In this document: piece by piece, positions 18,521-29,770 of the stretch
Layout of the letters: each line of letters opens with the position of its first letter
Numbering within the stretch: the stretch's first letter is position 1
DNA from: an uncultured Chloroflexia bacterium
GTDB lineage: Bacteria > Chloroflexota > Limnocylindria > Limnocylindrales > CSP1-4
Reading direction: 5' to 3'
DNA: 64,000 nt
NCBI GenBank assembly: GCA_963823925.1
Contig: CAWGNI010000007.1
Location: 27,333-91,332, forward strand
The notes under the pieces: model-generated
Told to the model about the DNA's origin: nothing
The model's input: the letters and a program-made list of their open reading frames with translations, nothing else
Database searches by the model: none
Translations under genes and position numbers: made by a program

Positions 18521-20128
18521 GTGACTGAGCCGGAGGTCCCGCACTTCTACCCGGACCGTCGGGCGGATCGCCCGGTCGTGCTGACCGGCGCCGATCTGAC
18601 CATCGACGATGTCGAGTCGGTCGCTCGGGGTGGCGCCGGCGCGACGCTCGATGTCCACGCTCGCGAGCGGATGCAGGAGGCGCGCGACCTCATCGAGGCG
18701 CTCGTGGCGGAGGGTGCGGTCGTCTACGGCGTGACGACCGGCTTCGGCGCCCTCGCCTCCACGACGATCGAGCCCGCCCAGGCGGGGCGGCTCCAGGAGA
18801 ACCTGCTCATGAGTCACGCGGCGGGGGTCGGTCCGGCCTTCCCGCGAGAGGTCGTCCGAGCCATGCTCCTGCTGCGGGCGAACACCCTGGCCCTGGGCCA
18901 CAGCGGCTGCCGGCCGTTGCTCGTGGACCGTCTGCTCGAGCTCCTCCGCTTCGGGATCCATCCGGTCGTCCCGGAGCAGGGGAGCGTCGGTGCCTCCGGG
19001 GATCTGGCCCCGCTCGCCCATCTGGCCCTGCCGTTGATCGGCCGCGGGGAGGTGGAGGTCGGTGGGACGGTCGTGCCGGCCGCGGTCGCACTGGGAGATG
19101 CGGGCCTGGAACCGCTGCGTCTCGAGGCCAAGGAAGGGCTCGCCCTGCTCAACGGGACCCAGATGATGGGCGCCATCGGCGCACTCGTCCTGGCCGACGC
19201 CGATCGGCTCGTCCGTTCGGCCAGCGTCGTCGCCGCGATCAGTGTCGAGGCGCTGCTGGGAACGGACGTCGCATTCGCCGCCGCCTACCAGCTGGCTCGG
19301 CCGCATCCCGGACAGATCGCCGTGGCCGCCGAACTCCGCCATCTCCTCCGTGACAGCGGGCTGCAGGCCGGCCACCACGGCCACGCCCACAAGGTCCAGG
19401 ACCCGTACTCACTGCGCTGCGTCCCGCAGGTCCACGGGGCGGTCCGCGACACCCTCGACCACCTGCGCCGCGTCCTCGATATCGAGCTCAACTCGGCGAC
19501 CGACAACCCGCTCGTCTTCCCGGGCGGAGGCGTGGCCGATGAGACGACCATCGCGACCGGCGGCGGTCGGGTGATCAGTGGCGGCAACTTCCACGGCGAG
19601 CCCATCGCCCTCGCCCTCGATTTCGCGAAGATCGCCCTGGCCGAGCTGGGTTCGATCAGCGAGCGTCGGACGGCGCTGCTCGTGGATCCGCGGCTCAACG
19701 GCGGTCTGCCACCGTTCCTGGCGGTCTCGTCCGGGATCGATTCGGGGATGATGATCTACCAGTACACGGCCGCCGCCCTCGCCTCGGAGAACAAGGTCCT
19801 GGCGCACCCCGCGTCGGTCGATTCGATCCCGACGAGTGCGAACCAGGAGGACCACGTGTCGATGGGTTCGATCTCGGCCCGCCACGCCCGGATGGTCCTG
19901 GAGCATGCCGAGCGGATCCTGGCCATCGAGCTGCTCGTCGCCTGCCAGGCCCTGGACCTGCGGCTCGCCGGCGCATCGGCCGGGTCAGCGGGTGCCGGCG
20001 TCGCCGCGGCGCTGGAGCGGGTCCGGGCGCAGGTGGCCCACCTGGACGGCGACCGGGAGCCCGGTCCGGACCTGGCCGCGGCCCACAGGCTGATCCACGA
20101 CGGCGTGCTCGTGGATCTCGCCGGCTGA
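18521..20128 (+). CDS. hutH: Histidine ammonia-lyase
   Basis: From GTG 18521, with TATCCT 6 nt upstream. It contains VVLTGADLTIDDVESVA, GVTTGFGALAS and the MIO-forming GASGDLAPLAHLA. Confidence 0.9.
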   Translation: MTEPEVPHFYPDRRADRPVVLTGADLTIDDVESVARGGAGATLDVHARERMQEARDLIEALVAEGAVVYGVTTGFGALASTTIEPAQAGRLQENLLMSHAAGVGPAFPREVVRAMLLLRANTLALGHSGCRPLLVDRLLELLRFGIHPVVPEQGSVGASGDLAPLAHLALPLIGRGEVEVGGTVVPAAVALGDAGLEPLRLEAKEGLALLNGTQMMGAIGALVLADADRLVRSASVVAAISVEALLGTDVAFAAAYQLARPHPGQIAVAAELRHLLRDSGLQAGHHGHAHKVQDPYSLRCVPQVHGAVRDTLDHLRRVLDIELNSATDNPLVFPGGGVADETTIATGGGRVISGGNFHGEPIALALDFAKIALAELGSISERRTALLVDPRLNGGLPPFLAVSSGIDSGMMIYQYTAAALASENKVLAHPASVDSIPTSANQEDHVSMGSISARHARMVLEHAERILAIELLVACQALDLRLAGASAGSAGAGVAAALERVRAQVAHLDGDREPGPDLAAAHRLIHDGVLVDLAG

Positions 20129-20134
20129 CGGTCG

Positions 20135-20935
20135 ATGGCGAGTCCGACCATCCGGATCGTCGAGGTGACCGACGGGGAGTCCTTCGGTCTCATGCCGCCC
20201 TGCGCCGACCCGGGGTTCGATCACCGCTCGTGCGACTACTGGGAGGAGGCGGACCGCGGATCGAAGGCAGCACGCCTGAGCTGGCTGGAACCGGTCGCGC
20301 CGCGCACCAGCACGGACCCGACGACGCCCGGCCGCGCCCGACCGGCGAACCCGTTCCTGGCCGATCGGGAGGCATCCGCGACTCCCGCCAATCCGTTCGC
20401 GTCGGGAGCAGGCCGGCCGGCCAATCCGTTCCTGACGCCGGGCGATGACGACGATGGCCCGCTCGAGAACCCGTTCGCGCCGAAGCCGGCCGCTCGTCCG
20501 ACGGTCGGGGCGGATGCGCCGCGGAAGCTGCAACTGCTGGGCCGCGGCCTCGGCGTCACCGGGAGCTTCGCGAAGGTCCTCCTCCGCGACGAACGGCCCG
20601 CGGTGTATGCGCAGTTCGGGCCACTGACGGCCTACCCGCGTGCCCAGCGCACCCGCGAGCTGTACCCGTCGCTGCCCGATCAGCCACTGCCGGCGGTCAT
20701 CACCTGCATCGCCACGACCGCCGATGCCCGGGGCGAAGGGCTGGCCCGCGTCCTCGTCGCGGCGGTCTGCGACGACCTGGAGACCCGTGGGTTCACCGCC
20801 GTGGAGACCTACCCGGAGATCGGCGCCCGGCCGGACGCGACCAGCGGCGCGACCCCCGAGTTCTGGGAATCGGTCGGCTTCGTCCGGGCGATCGCGGACG
20901 ACCGGTTCCCGGTCATGCGCCTCGAATTCGGCTGA
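20135..20935 (+). CDS. GNAT-type acetyltransferase-like protein with a low-complexity insert carrying four NPF motifs
   Basis: 266 aa. The C-terminal core contains ARGEGLARVLVAAVCDDLETRGFTAVETYP (GNAT motif A-like). The insert reads PANPFLADRE..PANPFASGAGRPANPFLTPGDDDDGPLENPFAPKP. Confidence 0.6.
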   Translation: MASPTIRIVEVTDGESFGLMPPCADPGFDHRSCDYWEEADRGSKAARLSWLEPVAPRTSTDPTTPGRARPANPFLADREASATPANPFASGAGRPANPFLTPGDDDDGPLENPFAPKPAARPTVGADAPRKLQLLGRGLGVTGSFAKVLLRDERPAVYAQFGPLTAYPRAQRTRELYPSLPDQPLPAVITCIATTADARGEGLARVLVAAVCDDLETRGFTAVETYPEIGARPDATSGATPEFWESVGFVRAIADDRFPVMRLEFG

Positions 20936-21038
20936 TCTGCGCGGTCGGGGCTCGGATGCCCGGCCGCGGCTCGGCCGATCTGCGCGGATGCTCGGCGACC
21001 TCGTCATCGCCGGTCTGCGCGGGTAACCTGTCACCACC

Positions 21039-22719
<1,681 letters not shown>

Positions 22720-22769
22720 TCCGTTGATCGTGTCGCGACCCGCGGGCGGCGGTTGCGCGGCTGTTGCGC

Positions 22770-22791
22770 GGCTCGCGCCCGGGCGCGAGCC
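22770..22791. terminator. GC hairpin between convergent genes (possible bidirectional terminator)
   Basis: GGCTCGCGCC-cg-GGCGCGAGCC is a perfect palindrome. It is preceded by the tandem GTTGCGCGGCT x2. Confidence 0.4.
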
Positions 22792-22798
22792 CGATACG

Positions 22799-25700
22799 CT
22801 ACGCCGGCCGGCCGACCTCGGCATCGGCGGCGTGGCTGGTCCGATCGGTAGCCCGGACCGGCGGTGTCGCAAGCGCACGCTCCAGCCGCTCGAGGAACGG
22901 TCGCATCCCAAGACGTTCGAAGGTCGCTCGCGCTTCGTCGGCCGCGCGCTGGCGTTCCGCCGGCTCCATCGCCCCGACGATGACCAGGTCGAGCTGGCAC
23001 ATCGCCAACGGGACGATGAGTCCCAAGTCCCGGAATTCCCGCTGGGCCTTCGCATAGGTCGCGCGCGCGTCGTCGTGACGCCCCTCGAGGGCTGCGAGCC
23101 CGGCATGCATGGTCGTCTCGAGCGCGGCAGTCTGTCGCCCTCGCCGTGAGGTGCGCCAGGCGTCGATCATCTCGGCGACGGTCTGCGCATCGCCGAGCCA
23201 CGTTGCCGCACGCGCCCCGTAGATGGCATCCGCTGGCCAATGATCCTGGATGGTGAGTCTGGCCCGGCACAGGTCGACGACCGCCTGGAGTTGACCGATC
23301 GCCAGGCCGACGGCTTCACGGGACTCTTCAACCAGGGAGATGTACTGGTCGTCGTCGAACGGAGCCGCGAGGTCCTGCAACTCCCGAAGGCGGGCGGAAA
23401 CGTCCTCACCGCGAGCTGCCTGGATCCGGACCTCGAAGCCCCCGAAGAAGATCTGGTCGGGCGCCTCGAGTTCGTCCCGCAGCTCGTCGCGGACCTGTTG
23501 CAGGATCCAATCCCAATCGCCGATCTGGAGTGCTCCCTCGCACGAGTTGCCGAGGAGATAGCGGATCGAGTGCCGCTGCCCGTACCGACGGGCGCGGGCG
23601 AGGCCGTCGAGGGAGATCTCCAGCCCAGCGCGTGGGTCGTCCGGTTCGTAGGCATAGCTCAGGTTGATCGACGCCCGCATGAATGCCTCCGTGAGGCCGA
23701 GCCGATCGGCGAGGATGCGGGCACCCGTCAGGGTCGTCACGGCCTCCAGCAGGCGATGGATGTTCGCCAGTGCCGTCCCACGCGTGATGAGCAGTTCCAG
23801 GGTGGCCGCATCATCCAGTCGCGCGGCCCCTGCCGCGAGCGCGCTGTCTGCCATGTCGATGCTCGGCTGGGATTCCCCGATCCGCATCAGGAACTTCGCG
23901 TTGATCGCGGCCAGTTCGAGATACCCCTCGTCGTCGGGCGTGAGGCCCGGCTCGTCGAGGGCCATCGAAACGAGCTTCATCCCTCGCTCCAGGTGGCCCT
24001 CGGTCAGGATCTCACCCAGGAAGGCGATCGCCCGACGCCGGCCGGGGTCATCCCCAGCCGCCGAGGCGAGCTCGATGGCCCGTTCGAAGTGGCTCGGCGC
24101 GGCCTCGAGCAATCCCGCATCGCGCGCACTCGCGCCGGCCGCCATGCGAAGGCCATATTCCTCGTCGGGCGAACCAACGACCTCAAGGGCGAGGAGCCAG
24201 TACCCGTAGGCGCTACGGTTGGACCCGAGGGCCGGCCGCTCGTTGCGCGGCGGCCCGAAGCGCAACGCGGGCCTGGGCCGCGACCGCCGACCCCTCCGGA
24301 CCGTCGGGCTGCGCTCGGTACGCCTCGAGGTAGTGCTGGGCGAGGACCCCGGCGACCTCGTCGTCGCCGACGGATTCGAAGTACCGCGCCGCCGCGAGGT
24401 GACGCGCCCGACGATCCCGCTTGGCGAGCGTCCCGTAGGCGACCTCCTGGATCAGGCCCTGGACGAACCGGTAGTGGCCGCGTTCGGGCGATCGTGGATC
24501 GACGTCCATGACGATCAACTCGCGAAGGGCGAGATGGCGGAGGGCGAGCCCGACGTCCGCCGGCGAGTCGTCGGCGACCGCAGCCAGGGCTTCGAGGGTG
24601 AAGGAGTGCCCGAGCACGGCCGCGTCCTGGAGGATGGTCCGCTCCTCCGGGGGAGACCGTCCATTCGTGCCGCGATGAGGGCGTGGAGCGACTCGGGGAC
24701 GGCGAGGTCCGTCAGATCGCCGATCGGTCGATAGACGTCGCCGTCGCGCTCGAGGCGCCCGTCGTTGAGCAGCATCCGGACGGTCTCGACCGCGTAGAGG
24801 GGGATCCCTTCCGCGCGCTCGAGGATCGTCGACATGGCCGCAGCCGGGAGACCCGGCACGAGTCCTCCGAGCATCTCCTCCATCTCGGCATCCTGGAGCG
24901 GCCCGAGGCCGATCGAGGTGAACGCGCGCTGGCCGGCCCCCCAATTCGGGCGTCGGTCGAGCAGCTCCGGTCGGGCGAGCGTGATGATGTAGATGGACCG
25001 CCCACGCGACCAGGCCAGCATCTCCTCGACGAAGTCGACCAGTCCGTCGTCGGCCCACTGGAGGTCCTCGAAGACGAGGACCACGGTCCCCTTCTCAGCG
25101 ATCCGCTCGAAGAACATCCGCCAGGCCGCGAACAATTCGTCGCGGTCGCGCCCCGGGACGTTCCTCGATGCCGAGCAGCTGGAGGAGGGCGCCCTCGACC
25201 ATGGCTCGCTCGTCGGCCGCCTCGACGAACTCGTCAAGGCACTCGGTCAGGCGCAGCCGGGTCGTGGCCTCGTCGTCGTCTTCCCCGACATGGAGCCGCA
25301 TCCGGACCATCTCGCCGAGCGCCCAGAACGTGATCCCGTCGCCATAGCTGGGCGACCGACCCTGGTGCCAGTAGACGTCTTCGCCGAGCCCGTCGATGTA
25401 CTTGAGGAACTCCCAGGCCAGACGCGACTTGCCGATCCCCGCCTGCCCGAGCACGGAGACGAGCCGGACCCCGTGCTCATGTGAGGTGGCGTGGTAGAAG
25501 TCCTTGATCAATCGGAGCTCGGCCTCGCGGCCCACGAACGGTGCCTCGAGCTGGTCGCTGCGTCCTTCGCCTCGCCGCTTCGCGATGACCCGGAGCGCCC
25601 GGAACGCGGTCACCGGTGTTTCCTTGCCCTTGAGTTCGTGGTCTCCGGCCGGCTCGTAGGCGATGGCATCGCTGGACGCACGCTGGGTCGCCTCGCCGAC

Positions 25701-26447
25701 GAGCACCCAACCGGGCGCGGCGACCGACTGGAGCCGGGACGCGGTATTCACGAGGTCACCGGCGACCATGCCCTGGTCGGTCGCCCCGAGCGTGACCGCG
25801 GCCTCACCGGTGAGCACCCCGGCACGGAGCGCCAGTCCCGGGACCTCGGCCTCTTCGCCGAGGAGTCGCACGGCCACGACCAGATCGAGCGCCGCCCGGA
25901 CCGCCCGCTCGGCGTCGTCCTCCTGGGCCACCGGCGTCCCCCACACGGCCATCACGGCGTCACCGATGAACTTCTCGACCGTCCCGTTGTACCGGGCGAC
26001 GATGTCGCGGCTCATCTCGAAGTAGCGTCCAAGAAGCTCGCGGACGTCCTCGGCATCGCGACCTTCGGCGAGCGTGGTGAACCCGACGAGGTCCGCAAAG
26101 AGGACACTGACGACGCGGCGCTCGGAGACGGGTGCCGCTCCGGATGGTCGGGAGGTCGCGGCGGGAGCCGCGCCGGCCGTGGTTCCCGGCCTGCCGAGGG
26201 CGCTCCCGCACTCCCCGCAGAACTTGGCGCCTGGCGCGTTGGCGGCACCGCAGGACGGGCAGGCGGCCATCAGCGGCGCGCCGCACTCGAGGCAGAACTT
26301 CCGTCCGGCCTCGTTCGGGGTGCCGCAGTTCGAGCAGGTCACGCGATCACGCTCTCCATCGGTGAGACCGCAGTATCGCGGGCGTGCTGGCCCACGGTCA
26401 ACGAACCAGGACGGCCGACCGAGCGCCGATGCGCGCCTCCGGCCCAC
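22799..26447 (-). pseudogene. Disrupted giant regulator: double zinc ribbon + class III adenylate/guanylate cyclase + AAA/STAND ATPase + TPR-like C-terminus
   Basis: Four pieces in alternating frames. 25095-26447: CSNCGTPNEAGRKFCLECG, VLFADLVGFTTL, FIGDAVMAVWG, VLGQAGIGKSRL. 24515-25237: VVLVFEDLQWADDGLVDFV. 24213-25058: PPEERTILQDAAVLGHSFTLEAL. 22799-24265: helical repeats. At 24649-24653 a G5 run would restore GLPPEERTIL if it were G6. Confidence 0.7.
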
Positions 26448-26478
26448 GGAGCACGACTGTGCGGACTAGCATCGTCAG

Positions 26479-27453
26479 ATGCTGATCGAGTCCGTCCCCA
26501 ACGTCTCCGAGGGCCGCCGACCGGACGTCATCGACCGCCTGGCCAGGGCGATCACGACCGGCGATGGGGTCTTTCTCCTGGATCGAACGAGCGACGCCAG
26601 CCACAACCGCTCGGTGTTCACGATCGCCGGGGAGCACGGACCGGTGCTGGACGCACTCGACCGGCTGGTCGGCACTGCGATCAGCGAGATCGACATGGAC
26701 CTCCACGTGGGCGAGCATCCCCGGATCGGGGCCGTCGACGTCATCCCGATCGTCCCCCTGGCGGACACCACGATGGACGACTGCATCGAGCTCGCCCAGA
26801 CGCTCGGCGAACGGCTCGCCGCGCGCCACGAGCTTCCGGTCTTCCTGTATGCGAACGCGGCGCGTCGATCCGACCGGGTCAAGCTGGCCGATGTCCGGCG
26901 CGGCCAGTACGAGGGCCTGAAGGCGGAGATCGGGCTCAGCGGACGAGAACCCGAGTACGGCCCATCGCGCCTCCATCCGTCGGCGGGCGCGGTCGCAGTC
27001 GGAGCGCGGCCGTTCCTCATCGCCTACAACATCAATCTCGACTCCGCGGACGTGGAACTCGCCAAGCGGATCGCCCGCCGGGTCCGCGAATCGGGAGGGG
27101 GTCTGCCGAGGGTCCAGGGCAACGGCTTCTGGATCGAGGAGCTGGGCCGGGCCCAGGTGTCGATGAACGTGCTCGACTTCGAGACGACACCGTTGTGGCT
27201 GGTGTGGGAGACGGTCCGCGACGTCGCCGCCGAGGACGGGGTCGAACTGGCGGAGTCGGAACTCATCGGACTCGCCCCGCTCGCCGCCTTCCTCGGGGTG
27301 GCCGACCGGGCCGACGCGCCCCCGGACGCTCCGGTCGAGGATCGACTCGCTGCCGCGGCCGCGTTCCTGCGCTTGCGGGACTTCTCCCCGCTGCAGGCAC
27401 TGGAGCTCCGCCTCGACGCGGCTATGGCCGGCCCGGACCGGTCGACCACGTGA
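26479..27453 (+). CDS. Glutamate formimidoyltransferase (FTCD N-domain type)
   Basis: 324 aa: MLIESVPNVSEGRRPDVIDRL...HNRSVFTIAG...HPRIGAVDVIPIVPL... Confidence 0.8.
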   Translation: MLIESVPNVSEGRRPDVIDRLARAITTGDGVFLLDRTSDASHNRSVFTIAGEHGPVLDALDRLVGTAISEIDMDLHVGEHPRIGAVDVIPIVPLADTTMDDCIELAQTLGERLAARHELPVFLYANAARRSDRVKLADVRRGQYEGLKAEIGLSGREPEYGPSRLHPSAGAVAVGARPFLIAYNINLDSADVELAKRIARRVRESGGGLPRVQGNGFWIEELGRAQVSMNVLDFETTPLWLVWETVRDVAAEDGVELAESELIGLAPLAAFLGVADRADAPPDAPVEDRLAAAAAFLRLRDFSPLQALELRLDAAMAGPDRSTT

Positions 27454-28823
27454 GCGGGGGCCAATTCCGACTGATCCACGGTGGCCGGAGCGACGACCCG
27501 ACACCCGGCCTCCTCATCGTCGGGGCCGCGGAGGTCGTGACCGTCGCCGGTGGGCTCCGGATGGGGCCGTCCCAGGCCGACGTCGGCCGGCTCGTGGCCG
27601 GGGATGTCGGGGGAGCCGAGGCCGCGGATGCGCCGGTCGTCGCCTGCTGGGAGGGCCGGCTCGTCGGGGTCGGGCCCCGGGCAGCGGTCGAGACGGCGCT
27701 CGAAGCCGAGGGCTACCCGCTCGGCCGGTTCGCTCGGATCGATGCCGCCGGTGGCACCGTGACGCCAGGTCTCATCGACCCGCACACCCATCTGCTGTTC
27801 GGTGGATCGCGCGAGCGCGAGTGGCAGGCCCGCCAGGCCGGTGCCAGCTATCTCGAGATCCTCGCTGCGGGCGGGGGCATCCTGTCCACCGTCGCAGCCA
27901 CGCGCGCTGCGACGCCGGACGAACTCCTCGTCCATGGCCGACGATGGCTGGACGAGATGCTCGGCCACGGGGTGACCACGATCGAGGCCAAATCGGGCTA
28001 CGGGCTCGACCTCGAAACCGAGATCCGGCTCCTCGATGCCGCACATCGACTCGGCGACGAGGGACCGATCGACATCGTCCCGACGTACCTCGGTGCGCAC
28101 GCGGTGCCGGCCGACTTCCGGGCCCGGCCCGACGGGACCGAGGCGTACGTCCGGTCGGTCATCGAGGATCAGCTTCCCGGCGTGGCCGCCCACGGCCGAG
28201 CACGGTACTGCGACGTGTTCTGCGAAGCCGGCGTGTTCAGTGCCGACCAGTCTCGACGGATCCTGCAGGCCGCAGCCGGGTTCGGGATGGGTGTCCGGCT
28301 CCACGCGGACGAACTGGCACCGTCGGGCGGCGCGGAGTTGGCGGCCGAACTCGGAGCCGCATCCGCTGACCACCTCGCAACGCCGTCGGATGCAGGGATC
28401 GACGCGCTCGCCGCCGTGGCCGGAGGGGAGCGATCCGTGGTCGCGACGGTCCTGCCGGCGACGACCTGGTTCCTGATGAAGGACCACGGGGCGCCGGCCC
28501 GAACCTTCATCGAACGTGGCATCCCGGTCGCGATCGGCACCGATTTCAATCCTGGGACCTCGCCGACGGCCAGCCTGCCACTGGCGATGACGATCGCCTG
28601 CCTGTCGCTCGGGCTCACGCCGGACGAGGCCCTGACCGCCGTGACGATCAATGCGGCACGTGCGCTCGGTCTCGACGAGGAGATCGGCTCGCTCGAGGTC
28701 GGCAAGAGCGCCGACGTCGTCATCTGGCGGGTCCCGACCTCGGAGCAGATCCCGTACTGGCCGGCCGCCGATCTGGTCAGGACGGTCATCAAGCGCGGTC
28801 GGATCGTCCTCGACCGGGGCTGA
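27450..28823 (+). CDS. hutI: Imidazolonepropionase
   Basis: The C-terminal 457 aa of ORF 25491-28823 from GTG 27450, which overlaps the upstream stop (GTGA). It contains GLIDPHTHLLFGG, VTTIEAKSGYGL, VRLHADEL and IGTDFNPGTS. Confidence 0.85.
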   Translation: MSGGQFRLIHGGRSDDPTPGLLIVGAAEVVTVAGGLRMGPSQADVGRLVAGDVGGAEAADAPVVACWEGRLVGVGPRAAVETALEAEGYPLGRFARIDAAGGTVTPGLIDPHTHLLFGGSREREWQARQAGASYLEILAAGGGILSTVAATRAATPDELLVHGRRWLDEMLGHGVTTIEAKSGYGLDLETEIRLLDAAHRLGDEGPIDIVPTYLGAHAVPADFRARPDGTEAYVRSVIEDQLPGVAAHGRARYCDVFCEAGVFSADQSRRILQAAAGFGMGVRLHADELAPSGGAELAAELGAASADHLATPSDAGIDALAAVAGGERSVVATVLPATTWFLMKDHGAPARTFIERGIPVAIGTDFNPGTSPTASLPLAMTIACLSLGLTPDEALTAVTINAARALGLDEEIGSLEVGKSADVVIWRVPTSEQIPYWPAADLVRTVIKRGRIVLDRG

Positions 28824-28841
28824 ACGAGGCTCGCCTCGCCG

Positions 28842-29516
28842 TCAGGCCTGCTTCCCGCGGGACTCCAGCAGGACGGTGATCGTTTCGCTCGGAAGGCTGG
28901 TCGCCGTGACCGACAACTTCGGCTGGAGCACGGCTTCCGCACCCATCTCATGGAAGAAGCGCTTGAGGGCCTCCGCGCAATCGGCTTCGTCCTCGCAGAT
29001 CGGCATCGGGACGACGATCTGTGGATCCAGCTGGGCGACGACGGCGGCGGCCTGGGCCGGCGAGAGCGACCCACCGAGCGGGACGCAGACGATGTCCACC
29101 GCCCCGAGATCCCCGAGCTTCTCCTCGGTCAGGAGGTGGCCGATGTCGCCGAGATGGATCGTATGGACCCCATCGAGCTCGACCGCGAAGGCGACCTGCT
29201 TGCCGGTCTCCGCTCCCTTGGCATCGTCCCGGTAGGTTCGGACGCCGGTCAGCAGGACCTCCTTGACCTCGTACTCGCCGGGTCCATCCAGGATGAAGGC
29301 GTCGTCCAGGCTGGACGGCAGCAGTGTCCGGCCATCGCGAGAATGCTTGCCCTTGCCTCTCGGGAGCGGGTGATCGTCGGGATGACTGAAGGTGACGATG
29401 TCGCCGGTGATCCCCCTTCCCGTCGGCCCCACGACGGATTGGAAGGGATCTGCCACCACGACCGCGTCCTTGCCTCGAAGGCGGATGCAGGTCCGCCCGT
29501 ACCAGGTGAGTTCCAT
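28842..29516 (-). CDS. MBL-fold metal-dependent hydrolase (UPF0173-like)
   Basis: From ATG 29514-29516: MELTWYGRTCIRLRGKDAVVVADPF...DIVTFSHPDDH...IVCVPLGG. Confidence 0.6.
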   Translation of the reverse strand: MELTWYGRTCIRLRGKDAVVVADPFQSVVGPTGRGITGDIVTFSHPDDHPLPRGKGKHSRDGRTLLPSSLDDAFILDGPGEYEVKEVLLTGVRTYRDDAKGAETGKQVAFAVELDGVHTIHLGDIGHLLTEEKLGDLGAVDIVCVPLGGSLSPAQAAAVVAQLDPQIVVPMPICEDEADCAEALKRFFHEMGAEAVLQPKLSVTATSLPSETITVLLESRGKQA

Positions 29517-29770
29517 CGCCTCGATTCTGACACAGCGGACGCTACGGCCGCTCCACCCGCGGCGCCGACCTGGCCCCGGACATGGAAAGACCGGAGGCGC
29601 CTGCCCAATCGGCGCCTCCGGTCGAGGGAGGGAGGGATGGAACCTTTTGGGTTCGTCCACGGCTTACCTTAGGAGCCGCTCGTTGCGGGTCGAGTCGGCA
29701 ACCGGTTAAGAAAGCGACACCAGGGGGCCGGACGCCGGTTTCCGGCAAGGGCCGTGCGACAATCCCGCCC

